Positions 16,675 through 24,159 of a stretch of 25,826 nucleotides of DNA are shown piece after piece. Position 1 is the stretch's first letter. Every line of letters begins with the position of its first letter. The stretch spans positions 1 through 25,826 of the forward strand of contig DATACN010000243.1 in the NCBI GenBank assembly GCA_036258995.1, given 5' to 3'. A program made the translations under genes and the position numbers. Below the pieces are notes generated by a model that searched no databases, was not told where the DNA came from, and was given only the letters and a program-made list of their open reading frames with translations. The DNA comes from Thermoleophilaceae bacterium (GTDB lineage: Bacteria; Actinomycetota; Thermoleophilia; Solirubrobacterales; Thermoleophilaceae).

Positions 16675-17870
16675 CGGTGGTGGCCGAGTGGTACCCGTCG
16701 CCGGCCGATCCGGTCCTCGGCATCTGGGCTCATCGCCAGGCGGTCGCGGCCCGCGACGCCGGAGCCGACGTGCAGGTGCTCGCGATGCGGCGCCCCGTGC
16801 CTCCCCTCTCGGCCCTGCGCGCGCTCGCGGGCGGCCCGCCCGACGCGGCGCCGCTGCGGAGCTGGGCCACCGGAGTCGCCTCCACGCTCAGGTCCTGGGA
16901 GCTCGACGGCATCCCAGTACGGCCGGTGCCGTTCCTGAGCCCGCCGCGGCCGGGCTCCTACGGAAGCTGGGGCCACTGGATGGCGCCGCCGCTTGCGGTC
17001 GCGCTGGACCGGCTGCGGCGGACCTGGCCCTTCGATCTCGTGCACGCCCATTCGATCGTGCCCCCCGGCTACGCGGCTGCTCGCTGGACTCGGAACCCAC
17101 GGCGCCCGCCGCTCGTCGTGTCGGCGCACGGGCCCGACATGATCCACGTGCACAGGCGCAGCAGGCTCGCCGCGGCCGCGTCGCGGACCGCGCTGCGGGA
17201 GGCCGGCCTCGTGGTGGCCAACAGCCGCTGGGCAGAGGAGCGCTGCCGGGAGATCGCGGGCGCAGAGATCCGGTCGACGGTCGTGCACCTGGGCACCGAC
17301 GTCCCGCCGGGACCACCTCCGAAGCTCGAGCGGCCGACCCTGGTCACCGTCGCGCACCTCGTCGCCCGCAAGCGCCACTCCGTGGTGCTCCACGCCCTGG
17401 CCGAGCTGAGTCCGCGGCTCACGCCCGACTATCTGATCATCGGTGACGGCCCCGGCCGCCGGCCGCTCGAGCGGCTGGCCGGCGAGCTCGGCCTGGGCAG
17501 CCGGGTTCGCTTCGCGGGGCAGCTGGAGCACGAGCACGCGCTTGCGGAGGCGCGCCGCTGCCACCTGTTCGTCATGCCCGGCGTCGAGGAGCCGTTCGGC
17601 GTCGCGTTCGTCGAGGCCATGGCCGCGGGCCTGCCCGCCATCGGCGCCGTGGGCGAGGGCGGCCCCGAGGAGCTCGCAGCGGCGGGAGGCGGCATGCTGC
17701 TGGTCCCGCCCGACGACCACCGGGCGCTGGCCGCCGCCATCGACCGCGGGCTGTCGCAGTCGGAGGAGCTCGGTGAGGCTGCGCGCCAGAATGTGCGCGC
17801 CAGCTTCACCTGGGAGCGCTGCGGGCAGCGGACCATGGCCGCCTACCGGTCGGTGCTGGAGCGCGCGTGA
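16665..17870 (+). CDS. GT4 family glycosyltransferase (TuaC-like)
   Basis: ATG 16665: MRVAVVAEWYPS, DLVHAHS, VVSAHGPD, VAHLVARKRH, MPGVEEPFGVAFVEAMAAG. Confidence 0.9.
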   Translation: MRVAVVAEWYPSPADPVLGIWAHRQAVAARDAGADVQVLAMRRPVPPLSALRALAGGPPDAAPLRSWATGVASTLRSWELDGIPVRPVPFLSPPRPGSYGSWGHWMAPPLAVALDRLRRTWPFDLVHAHSIVPPGYAAARWTRNPRRPPLVVSAHGPDMIHVHRRSRLAAAASRTALREAGLVVANSRWAEERCREIAGAEIRSTVVHLGTDVPPGPPPKLERPTLVTVAHLVARKRHSVVLHALAELSPRLTPDYLIIGDGPGRRPLERLAGELGLGSRVRFAGQLEHEHALAEARRCHLFVMPGVEEPFGVAFVEAMAAGLPAIGAVGEGGPEELAAAGGGMLLVPPDDHRALAAAIDRGLSQSEELGEAARQNVRASFTWERCGQRTMAAYRSVLERA

Positions 17871-18916
17871 CCGACGTCCTCGTCGTATCGCTCGGGACGA
17901 CGCGTGGCCTGCGCGTCGCCGACTCGGCCTTCGCCGGCCAGGTCCGGGCCGCTGGGGCGAGCGTCGAGGTGATCGCCGTGCGCCAGGGGGCGCTCGGCCG
18001 CCTGCGCCGCGTCTACCCGGTCAACGACCTGGTCGAGGCCGCGGCCGCGCGCCGGGCCACGGCGAGCGCCGTTCGCAGGGTGCGGCCGCGCGCCGTGGTG
18101 TTCTCTTCGGTGACCTCGGCCATGATGGCGCCGCGCCTCGACGTGCCCTACGCGGTTCGGCTCGACTCGCCGGCCTCGCTCAACCGGCCGGGCCCGCAAA
18201 ACGCGGTGCTGCACGCGCTCGAGCGGCGGGCCCTGGCGGGCGCGCGGCTCGTGCTGCCGTGGAGTCGCGCCGCGCTCGCCGCCCTGCCCCCCGGCCTGCC
18301 GAGTGTGATCCTTCCGCCGCCGATCACGCCCTCCGGGGAGCACCCGTTCAAGCGCCGCCGGGCGGCCGCGGCATACGTGCCGGACCCGAAGGCGAAGGGA
18401 CTGGAGCTGCTGATCGCCGCCTGGTCCCACGCCGCGGCGGAGGACGCGGAGCTCGAGGTCTTCGGCATCGAGGCGGAGCGGGCCCGGGGTCACCTCGCGC
18501 GCACCGCCACGCAGGAGCCCGAAGGGGTGAGCTGGCGGGGCCTGACCCCGCCCGCCGAGTTCCGGGAGGCGCTCAGGAGCAGCCTGGTCTTCGCCTCGGC
18601 CGCGCGCTGGGAGGACTTCGGCCAGGCGCCCCTCGAGGCGCTCGCCGACGGCGCCCTGCTGGCGACGCTTCCCGCGGGCGGCGCGTACGAGGCGCTCGCC
18701 CTGGCGCGTGAGCTCGCGCCGGAGCTGGCCCCGGCCGACTTGACCCCCGAGGCCCTGGCGGGCGCCCTCGAGGCGGCATTCGCCATCAGCGCGGAGCGGG
18801 CCGCCGACTACCGCCAGCGGGCCGCCCGCGCCCTCGTCGCGTACAACCCGGCGAACCTCGAACGCACCGTGGCGGACGAAGTCCTCCCCGCGTTGCTCAG
18901 CGAGCGGTGGCCCTGA
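17867..18916 (+). CDS. Divergent GT4-like (GT-B) glycosyltransferase
   Basis: GTGA overlap with upstream gene; PDPKAKGLELLIAAW and ASAARWEDFGQAPLEALADG (Ex7E); atypical N-terminal domain. Confidence 0.75.
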   Translation: MTDVLVVSLGTTRGLRVADSAFAGQVRAAGASVEVIAVRQGALGRLRRVYPVNDLVEAAAARRATASAVRRVRPRAVVFSSVTSAMMAPRLDVPYAVRLDSPASLNRPGPQNAVLHALERRALAGARLVLPWSRAALAALPPGLPSVILPPPITPSGEHPFKRRRAAAAYVPDPKAKGLELLIAAWSHAAAEDAELEVFGIEAERARGHLARTATQEPEGVSWRGLTPPAEFREALRSSLVFASAARWEDFGQAPLEALADGALLATLPAGGAYEALALARELAPELAPADLTPEALAGALEAAFAISAERAADYRQRAARALVAYNPANLERTVADEVLPALLSERWP

Positions 18917-20012
18917 GCACCGCGCGCTCGAACGCCTCGGCGTCGGCGTCGGACGGATGGCGCTCGGTCACCGCCCGGCTGCCCGCGGCCAGCCGGGCAC
19001 GCAGCTCGCCGTCGCGCACGATCCGCCGCAGTGCGTCGGCGATCTGGCCCCTGTCGTGCGGGTCCACGAGCAAGGCGTTCTCGCCCTCGACGGCCACGTC
19101 GCCGACAGCGCCGGCCACCCGCGAGCAGATCAGCGGCAGCCCCGCCGCCGCGCCCTCCCGCATGGTCACGCCGAAGGGCTCGTAGGTGCTCACGAGCAGC
19201 AGCGCCCCCGCCTGCGCGTACAGCTCGGGGAGCTCGTCGGGCGACGCGTAGCCGTCGATCCGCACCGCAGCGCCCCGCTGCGCCGCCAGCTGCTTCAGCT
19301 CCTGCTCGAGCGGCCCGGTGCCCCTGAGCTCGAGCTCGGCCTCCCCCGGATCGAGCCCCGCGTCGGCGAACGCGTCGATCAGTGTGCCCAGGTTCTTGTC
19401 GGGCACGAGCCGGCCCACCGACAGCAGCTTCACCGGTCCGCCCTCCGGCGTGGAGCGCGACGCGGCCGCCCGCGCGAAGCGGTCGACGTCTGCGCTCTGG
19501 AGCGCCACCTCAACCCGGTCCGGCCCCACTCCCATCGCCTCCAGGCGCCGCCGGGCAGCCGAGCTGGCCACCACGAAGCCGGCCGCCCGCGAGGCCAGCA
19601 GGCCGTGGAGCCTGCGTCGTCGCGGCGACAGCTCGCGCTCGGCGTGCTCGGTGAGCTCGCTGAAGATCACCAGGGGCCGCCCTCGCAGGCGGCACCAGGC
19701 AAGCGCGCGGAGGGTCGCGGGGCCGTACTCCCAGCTCACAACGCAGTCCGGGCGGGCCGACCGCAAGGCGCCACCGAGCCCGCGCGGGACGATCATCGAG
19801 GAGCGGCCGGGCCTTCCCCGCTGCCAGGACCGGAGCGCCCGGGCCCTGTACCCGTGCTCGGCCGGAAACCACTCCGGCCGCTGGTCCCACCCCGGCTGGC
19901 CGCCGGCCTGGTAGATCACGATCGGCTCGATGCGGCCCCGCTCGGCCAGCCGCGCGAACAGCGGCTCCCGGTAGGGCACGGGGACCGGCGGGAGGATCGC
20001 GCAGCGCGGCAT
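18897..20012 (-). CDS. GT4 family glycosyltransferase
   Basis: Real part of ORF 18897..20933 from ATG 20012: PVPVPYREPLF, LLSVGRLVPDKN, STYEPFGVTMREGAAAGLPLICSRVAGA, EGENALLVDP. Confidence 0.9.
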   Translation of the reverse strand: MPRCAILPPVPVPYREPLFARLAERGRIEPIVIYQAGGQPGWDQRPEWFPAEHGYRARALRSWQRGRPGRSSMIVPRGLGGALRSARPDCVVSWEYGPATLRALAWCRLRGRPLVIFSELTEHAERELSPRRRRLHGLLASRAAGFVVASSAARRRLEAMGVGPDRVEVALQSADVDRFARAAASRSTPEGGPVKLLSVGRLVPDKNLGTLIDAFADAGLDPGEAELELRGTGPLEQELKQLAAQRGAAVRIDGYASPDELPELYAQAGALLLVSTYEPFGVTMREGAAAGLPLICSRVAGAVGDVAVEGENALLVDPHDRGQIADALRRIVRDGELRARLAAGSRAVTERHPSDADAEAFERAVLRATAR

Positions 20013-20090
20013 GGGCGCAACTTTCGCGCAAACCGGGGGATAAAGAAGCGAAGGCGAAATGGGGTCGGGAGACGGGACCGCCGCCGGGAT

Positions 20091-20099
20091 TGCTAGCCT
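20091..20099 (+). promoter_or_regulatory. Extended -10 promoter TGCTAGCCT
   Basis: TGnTAnnnT consensus; predicts a TSS near 20106, immediately before a long hairpin leader. Confidence 0.55.
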
Positions 20100-20108
20100 C
20101 ACGGCCGC

Positions 20109-20204
20109 GGCTGGGAGGCGCTGTTCCCGGGCTTTCGCGCGAGCGAAGGCCAATTCTCTGCGCGCCCGCCCAGCCTGATGTTCCCAGCACCAGGAGGAAC
20201 TTCC
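20109..20204 (+). promoter_or_regulatory. Structured 5' leader with GNRA-capped hairpin and Shine-Dalgarno AGGAGG (20192-20197)
   Basis: Outer stem GGCTGGG-A-GGCGC (20109-20121) pairs with GCGCC-CG-CCCAGCC (20162-20175); inner GGCTTTCGC-[GCGA]-GCGAAGGCC (20130-20151); SD 10 nt before GTG 20208. Confidence 0.55.
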
Positions 20205-20207
20205 ACA

Positions 20208-20822
20208 GTGAGTCGCGTTGCATACTTGTCGATCCTCGCGGCGGCGCTGATTGCGCTGGCCGTTCCGCCTGCCGTGCAGGCGTCCGGGTTCGACGTGATC
20301 CGCGATTGCGCCGAGGACAGCGACCTGGATCGCAAGTACTCGAACGGTGAGCTCAAGCAGGCCAGGGACAACCTGCCTTCCGACCTCGACGAGTACAGCG
20401 ACTGCCGCGAGGTGATCAACAGCGCCATCACGAGCGGCTCCGGCGGGAGTGGCGGCGGCGGCGACGGTGGGTCGGGCGGAGGCGGGGCCGGCGGAGGGTC
20501 CGGCGGCTCCGGACCGAAGGCCGAAGCCGCGCGTGCGCGCGACGAGGCCGCGCTCGACGCTCTCACCAACGGCGGCGGCAAGCCCGCGCTGAACGTGGCC
20601 GGCACCAGGGTCGAGCCCGGTGACAACGGCCTGTTCGACCTCGCGAGCGCCGCCAACGGGCTGCCGTTGCCGCTCCTGCTCGCTCTGATCGCCGTCCTGC
20701 TGGGCGCGGCGACCGCCGGGCTCGCCGCGCTGAGCCGCCGTTTCCCGGGGCTGGCCGAGCGCATACCCCTGCTGTCCAAGATAAGCCTGCCGCGTGTCCC
20801 GATCCCGGGTCTCCGCCGCTAG
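20208..20822 (+). CDS. Exported, C-terminally membrane-anchored protein with Cys pair and Gly/Ser linker, 204 aa
   Basis: GTG 20208 with strong SD; signal peptide ...LAAALIALAVPPAVQA; C-x31-C acidic helical domain; Gly/Ser linker; NGLPLP then hydrophobic helix then basic tail. Confidence 0.75.
   Translation: MSRVAYLSILAAALIALAVPPAVQASGFDVIRDCAEDSDLDRKYSNGELKQARDNLPSDLDEYSDCREVINSAITSGSGGSGGGGDGGSGGGGAGGGSGGSGPKAEAARARDEAALDALTNGGGKPALNVAGTRVEPGDNGLFDLASAANGLPLPLLLALIAVLLGAATAGLAALSRRFPGLAERIPLLSKISLPRVPIPGLRR
20433..20513 (+). repeat. Low-complexity Gly/Ser linker (27 codons: SGSGGSGGGGDGGSGGGGAGGGSGGSG)
   Basis: Read directly from the translation; codons are diversified (GGC/GGG/GGT/GGA), so this is protein-level rather than DNA tandem repetition. 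Confidence 0.85.
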
Positions 20823-22848
20823 CGCCATACTGCTCGGCGCCGCGCTCGCCGGCGTCGCCTTCGGAGCCGCCGGCGGAACCGTCCTGCACCGGACGGTCTG
20901 GGTAGAGATCCTGATCGTCCTTGCGGGCGGCACGGCCGTCGGGGTCGCTGTGCTGTACGCGCGCCGTGGGCCTCTCTACGGCGCCACCTCCCTCGTCGCC
21001 TTCGGCGTCCTCACCGCGGTGACGGCCCTCTCGGTCACCTGGTCGATCGTGCCCGAGCTGTCCTACGTGGAGGCCGGGCGGATGCTCGCCTATCTGGCCG
21101 CGTTCGCGGCGGCGGTCGCCGCTGCGCACCTCGCCCCGCCGGCCTCGCCGGTGGTCCTGCGGGGGGTGGCCCTCGGCGCACTCGCGGTCGTGATCTACGC
21201 ACTGGCATCGCGGGTCTGGCCCGGTGCGCTCGCCGAGAACGAGCTGTCCAACCGCATCGGCCAGCCGTACGGCTACTGGAACGCGGTCGGCACCACCGCG
21301 GCGCTCGCGGTCCCGGCCCTGCTCTGGCTCGGAGCGCGACGGGCCGGCAGCGTGGCGGGGCGGGCGCTCGCATATCCCGCGCTCGGCCTGTGCGTGGTTG
21401 CGATCCTGCTCACCCAGTCCCGCGGCGCGCTGGCGGCGGCCGTCATCGGTGCCGTGGCGTGGCTGGCGATCGTCCCGCTCAGGCTGCGAAGCGTGCCGGT
21501 GCTGGCGCTGCCGGCCCTGGCCGCCGCGCCCGTCGGAGCCTGGGCGCTGTCGAAGGACGCCTTCTCTGAGAGCCTCCAGCCCCTGGCCGTCAAGGAGAGC
21601 GTCGCGGGCGAGTTCGCCGGCCTGCTGGTGCTGATGGTCGCCGTGCTGCTCGTGGCAGGCCTGGCGGTCAACCTCGGGCTCGCCCGCGCCGCCCCGTCCG
21701 TGCGGATACGGCGCCGCGTCGGCGTCGTGGCGCTGGCGGCGGCCTGCGCGATCCCGCTCGCGCTCTTCACTTCCGTCGCGTTCAGCGACCGCGGTCTCGG
21801 CGGAACGATCGAGGACCGCGTCGACGAGCTGACGAGCGAGACGAACTCGGCCCCGGCCGAGGGCGGCGGGCGCCTGACCGCGGCCTCCTCCACGCGCGGC
21901 AAGTACTGGCGAGAAGCGGGGCGGATCTTCGACGACCGGCCGGGCCTCGGCGCCGGCTCCGGCACCTTCGGCGTCGCTCGCCTGCGCTACCGCAAGGACG
22001 AGCTCGTGTCGCGCCACGCCCACGGCTACGTGGCCCAGACGCTGGCCGACACCGGCCTGCTCGGGCTGGCGGCATCGCTGTTCCTCCTGATCGCCTGGCT
22101 GGCGGCAGCGGCGCGCACGACCGGCCTGTACCCGCGCTGGCGGCGCTTCGGCGCGAGGTTCCGGCGGCGCGACTGGGACGGCGAGCGCGTGGCGCTCGTC
22201 GCGCTCGCGCTCGTGGCGATCGTGTTCGGGCTCCAGTCCGTAATCGACTGGACCTGGTTCGTGCCCGGGCCGGCGGTCATGGCAGTCGTCGCCGCGGGCT
22301 TCGTGGTGGGCCGGGGGCCGGTCGGGCTCGCCGAGGCGCCGCGTCCCAACCTGACCGAGCTCCGGCAGCCGGAGCGAAAGCGGACTCTTGCCGCCGTGGG
22401 CGTCCTCGTCTGCGCGTTCCTCTTCGCCTGGGCCATATGGCAGCCGGAGGCGTCCGACAACGCCTCGGAGGAGGCCCTCCGCCTGAGCCAGTCCGGCCAG
22501 ACCGCAGCGGCGCTCGACGAGGCGCGCTCCGCCGCTGACGTCAATCCGCTCTCGCCCCGGCCGCTGCTGGTCGAGGCCGCCGTCCAGGCGCGCGCAGGCG
22601 ACGAGGGCGCAGCACGCCGGGCGCTCGAGCGGGCCGTGCTGCGCTTCCCGGGCGATCCTCAGACCTGGCTGCGTCTGGCGAGCTTCGAGCTCGGCACCCT
22701 CGAGCGGCCGCGCAAGGCCCTCGGGACGCTCGAGGCCGTGCTCTACCTGGATCCGTTCTCGAAGGCGGCGCGCGACCTCTACCTGCAGGCCCGCGCGGCC
22801 GAGCGAGCGCAGGCTCGAGCGTCCTCGCGTCCGGCGGCCCGCCGCTAG
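20794..22848 (+). CDS. O-antigen ligase/polymerase (Wzy_C) family membrane protein with C-terminal TPR-like domain
   Basis: About 12 TM helices; RIGQPYGYWNA, LLTQSRGA, STRGKYW...PGLGAGSGTF, HAHGYVAQTLADTGLLG; soluble helical repeat tail (AALDEARSAADVNP, RALERAVLRFP, EAVLYLDP). Confidence 0.85.
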   Translation: MSRSRVSAASAILLGAALAGVAFGAAGGTVLHRTVWVEILIVLAGGTAVGVAVLYARRGPLYGATSLVAFGVLTAVTALSVTWSIVPELSYVEAGRMLAYLAAFAAAVAAAHLAPPASPVVLRGVALGALAVVIYALASRVWPGALAENELSNRIGQPYGYWNAVGTTAALAVPALLWLGARRAGSVAGRALAYPALGLCVVAILLTQSRGALAAAVIGAVAWLAIVPLRLRSVPVLALPALAAAPVGAWALSKDAFSESLQPLAVKESVAGEFAGLLVLMVAVLLVAGLAVNLGLARAAPSVRIRRRVGVVALAAACAIPLALFTSVAFSDRGLGGTIEDRVDELTSETNSAPAEGGGRLTAASSTRGKYWREAGRIFDDRPGLGAGSGTFGVARLRYRKDELVSRHAHGYVAQTLADTGLLGLAASLFLLIAWLAAAARTTGLYPRWRRFGARFRRRDWDGERVALVALALVAIVFGLQSVIDWTWFVPGPAVMAVVAAGFVVGRGPVGLAEAPRPNLTELRQPERKRTLAAVGVLVCAFLFAWAIWQPEASDNASEEALRLSQSGQTAAALDEARSAADVNPLSPRPLLVEAAVQARAGDEGAARRALERAVLRFPGDPQTWLRLASFELGTLERPRKALGTLEAVLYLDPFSKAARDLYLQARAAERAQARASSRPAARR

Positions 22849-23426
22849 CGGCGGGCGAGCGCCAGCAGGCTGCCGCGCCGGCGGCGCAGCGACGCCACCT
22901 CGAAGCCAAGCTCCGACAGCAGCCGCCTCAGCGAGCGTCTTGTGAGGAAGCGGATGTGGGGCGAAAGCGGTGGGAACCGGCTCTCGAAGCCGCCGACCAG
23001 GATCGCGAGGCCGTCGAGCCTGCCGTGGGCAGGCGTCGTCAGCGCGAGTGTTCCCACCGGGCGCAGCACCCGCCTGATCTCGGACAGCAGCAGCTGCACG
23101 TCGCGCACGTGCTCGACCGTCTCTACGCAGAGGACGAGGTCGAACTCGCCGTCGCCGAACGGCAACGGCGAGTCGGGCTCGAGCTCGCACACGCGGGCTC
23201 CCGGAAGCCGCCGCCGGGCGCGCTCCAGCGCGACCGGTGACACGTCCGCCGCCGTCAGCTCGCCGGCGCCGAGCTCGGCCGTCAGGCGCCCGTCGCCGCA
23301 GCCGAGATCGAGCGCCCGCTCGGCCGGGCCGAGCGAGCGCACGAACTCGCGCAGGTGCTCGGGCGGCAGGTGCGCGTGCTCGCCCACGAGCTCCCAGAGC
23401 TCGTCGTCGTAGCGGCTGGGGGTCAC
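22845..23426 (-). CDS. Class I SAM-dependent methyltransferase (Methyltransf_11-like)
   Basis: ALDLGCGDG, AADVSPVAL, LPFGDGEFDLVLCVETVEH, RVLRPVG; GTGA-coupled to upstream methyltransferase. Confidence 0.9.
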   Translation of the reverse strand: MTPSRYDDELWELVGEHAHLPPEHLREFVRSLGPAERALDLGCGDGRLTAELGAGELTAADVSPVALERARRRLPGARVCELEPDSPLPFGDGEFDLVLCVETVEHVRDVQLLLSEIRRVLRPVGTLALTTPAHGRLDGLAILVGGFESRFPPLSPHIRFLTRRSLRRLLSELGFEVASLRRRRGSLLALARR

Positions 23427-24136
23427 GGCCGCCGCGCGATCAGCATGAGCGTGTGCCCGAACTGCGCCGCCCGCGGCCGCGAGCCGGCCGCGTCGAGTCG
23501 CTGCAGGCCACGCTGGACGATCGCCGGAAGCCTGCGCCAGCTGAAGGTGAGCGCGTGCAGCTCGGGCTCGAGCCCCGCCGTGCGGGACTCGCGCACGAGC
23601 GCGCGCGGCGAGAGCGGGATGTCGTCGGGAGTCCCGTGGACGAGCGTCCCGAGCCTCGCGCGGTTGGCGAGCGCGAGGGCCGCCCCGACGGGGTGCCAGA
23701 GGCCCGGCTCCACGGCAACCAGCGCGCCGCCGGGCCGGAGCAGCCGCCGTGCCTCCTCGAAGCAGGGCGCGAGCGGGCCCTGGTAGGCGATGTGGTGAAG
23801 GACCAGGCGGTAGAGGACCACGTCAAAGGACTCGTCGTCGAAGGGCAGCTCGCCGGCTCGGCCTGTCACGCCCTCGTCGATCTCGCCCGACTCGACCAGC
23901 GTCGCCACGACCCGGGAATCGAGCTCCACGCCGGTCATCCGGAAGGCCGGAGCGGGGAAGAGGTCCCGTCCCGGATGCCACCCGCAGCCGATCGACACGA
24001 CGTCTCCGCCCGCCAGCTCCAGGCGCCTGTGCACCAGCTCGCGCTCGCGCCGGCGTTCCTGCCGGTAATGCAGCTCGAGCGTCTGCGGCCGTGAGACGCG
24101 GTCGAGGACGTTGCGCGGTTGGTATGGCTCGCTCAG
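23423..24136 (-). CDS. Class I SAM-dependent methyltransferase; start probably upstream of ORF-track start (CTG 24136)
   Basis: VVSIGCG, GVELD, LPFDDESFDVVL..VLHH, LLRPGG. The frame stays open upstream of GTG 24034 (LSEPYQPRNVLDRVSRPQTLELHYRQERRRERELV); GTG 24034 would leave only ~10 residues before motif I. Confidence 0.8.
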   Translation of the reverse strand: MSEPYQPRNVLDRVSRPQTLELHYRQERRRERELVHRRLELAGGDVVSIGCGWHPGRDLFPAPAFRMTGVELDSRVVATLVESGEIDEGVTGRAGELPFDDESFDVVLYRLVLHHIAYQGPLAPCFEEARRLLRPGGALVAVEPGLWHPVGAALALANRARLGTLVHGTPDDIPLSPRALVRESRTAGLEPELHALTFSWRRLPAIVQRGLQRLDAAGSRPRAAQFGHTLMLIARRP

Positions 24137-24143
24137 GCCGGGG

Positions 24144-24153
24144 AGGTTAAAGT
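24144..24153. promoter_or_regulatory. Symmetric bidirectional -10 box (AGGTTAAAGT)
   Basis: TAAAGT (+, 24148-24153) is 6 nt before ATG 24160; TAACCT (-, 24144-24149) is 7 nt before CTG 24136. Confidence 0.65.
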
Positions 24154-24159
24154 GGCCCG

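Noticed and set aside
20025-20070. Resemblance to c-di-AMP (ACCGGGGGA...TGGGGT) or c-di-GMP-I (GCAAACC...GAAA) riboswitch
   Set aside because: Required downstream elements (GAAU...GUCAGCUAAC for ydaO; GGGACGCAAAGCC for GEMM) are absent, and the segment lies upstream of the predicted promoter.
20160-20176. CGCCCGCC resembling the 3' end of a ZTP (pfl) riboswitch
   Set aside because: It lacks the UGGGCA tail and the GACUGGCG 5' core; downstream genes are unrelated to purine or folate metabolism.
20433-20513. GGC-rich stretch as a DNA tandem repeat/VNTR or CRISPR-like array
   Set aside because: Codons vary and there is no fixed repeat unit; it is a Gly/Ser protein linker.
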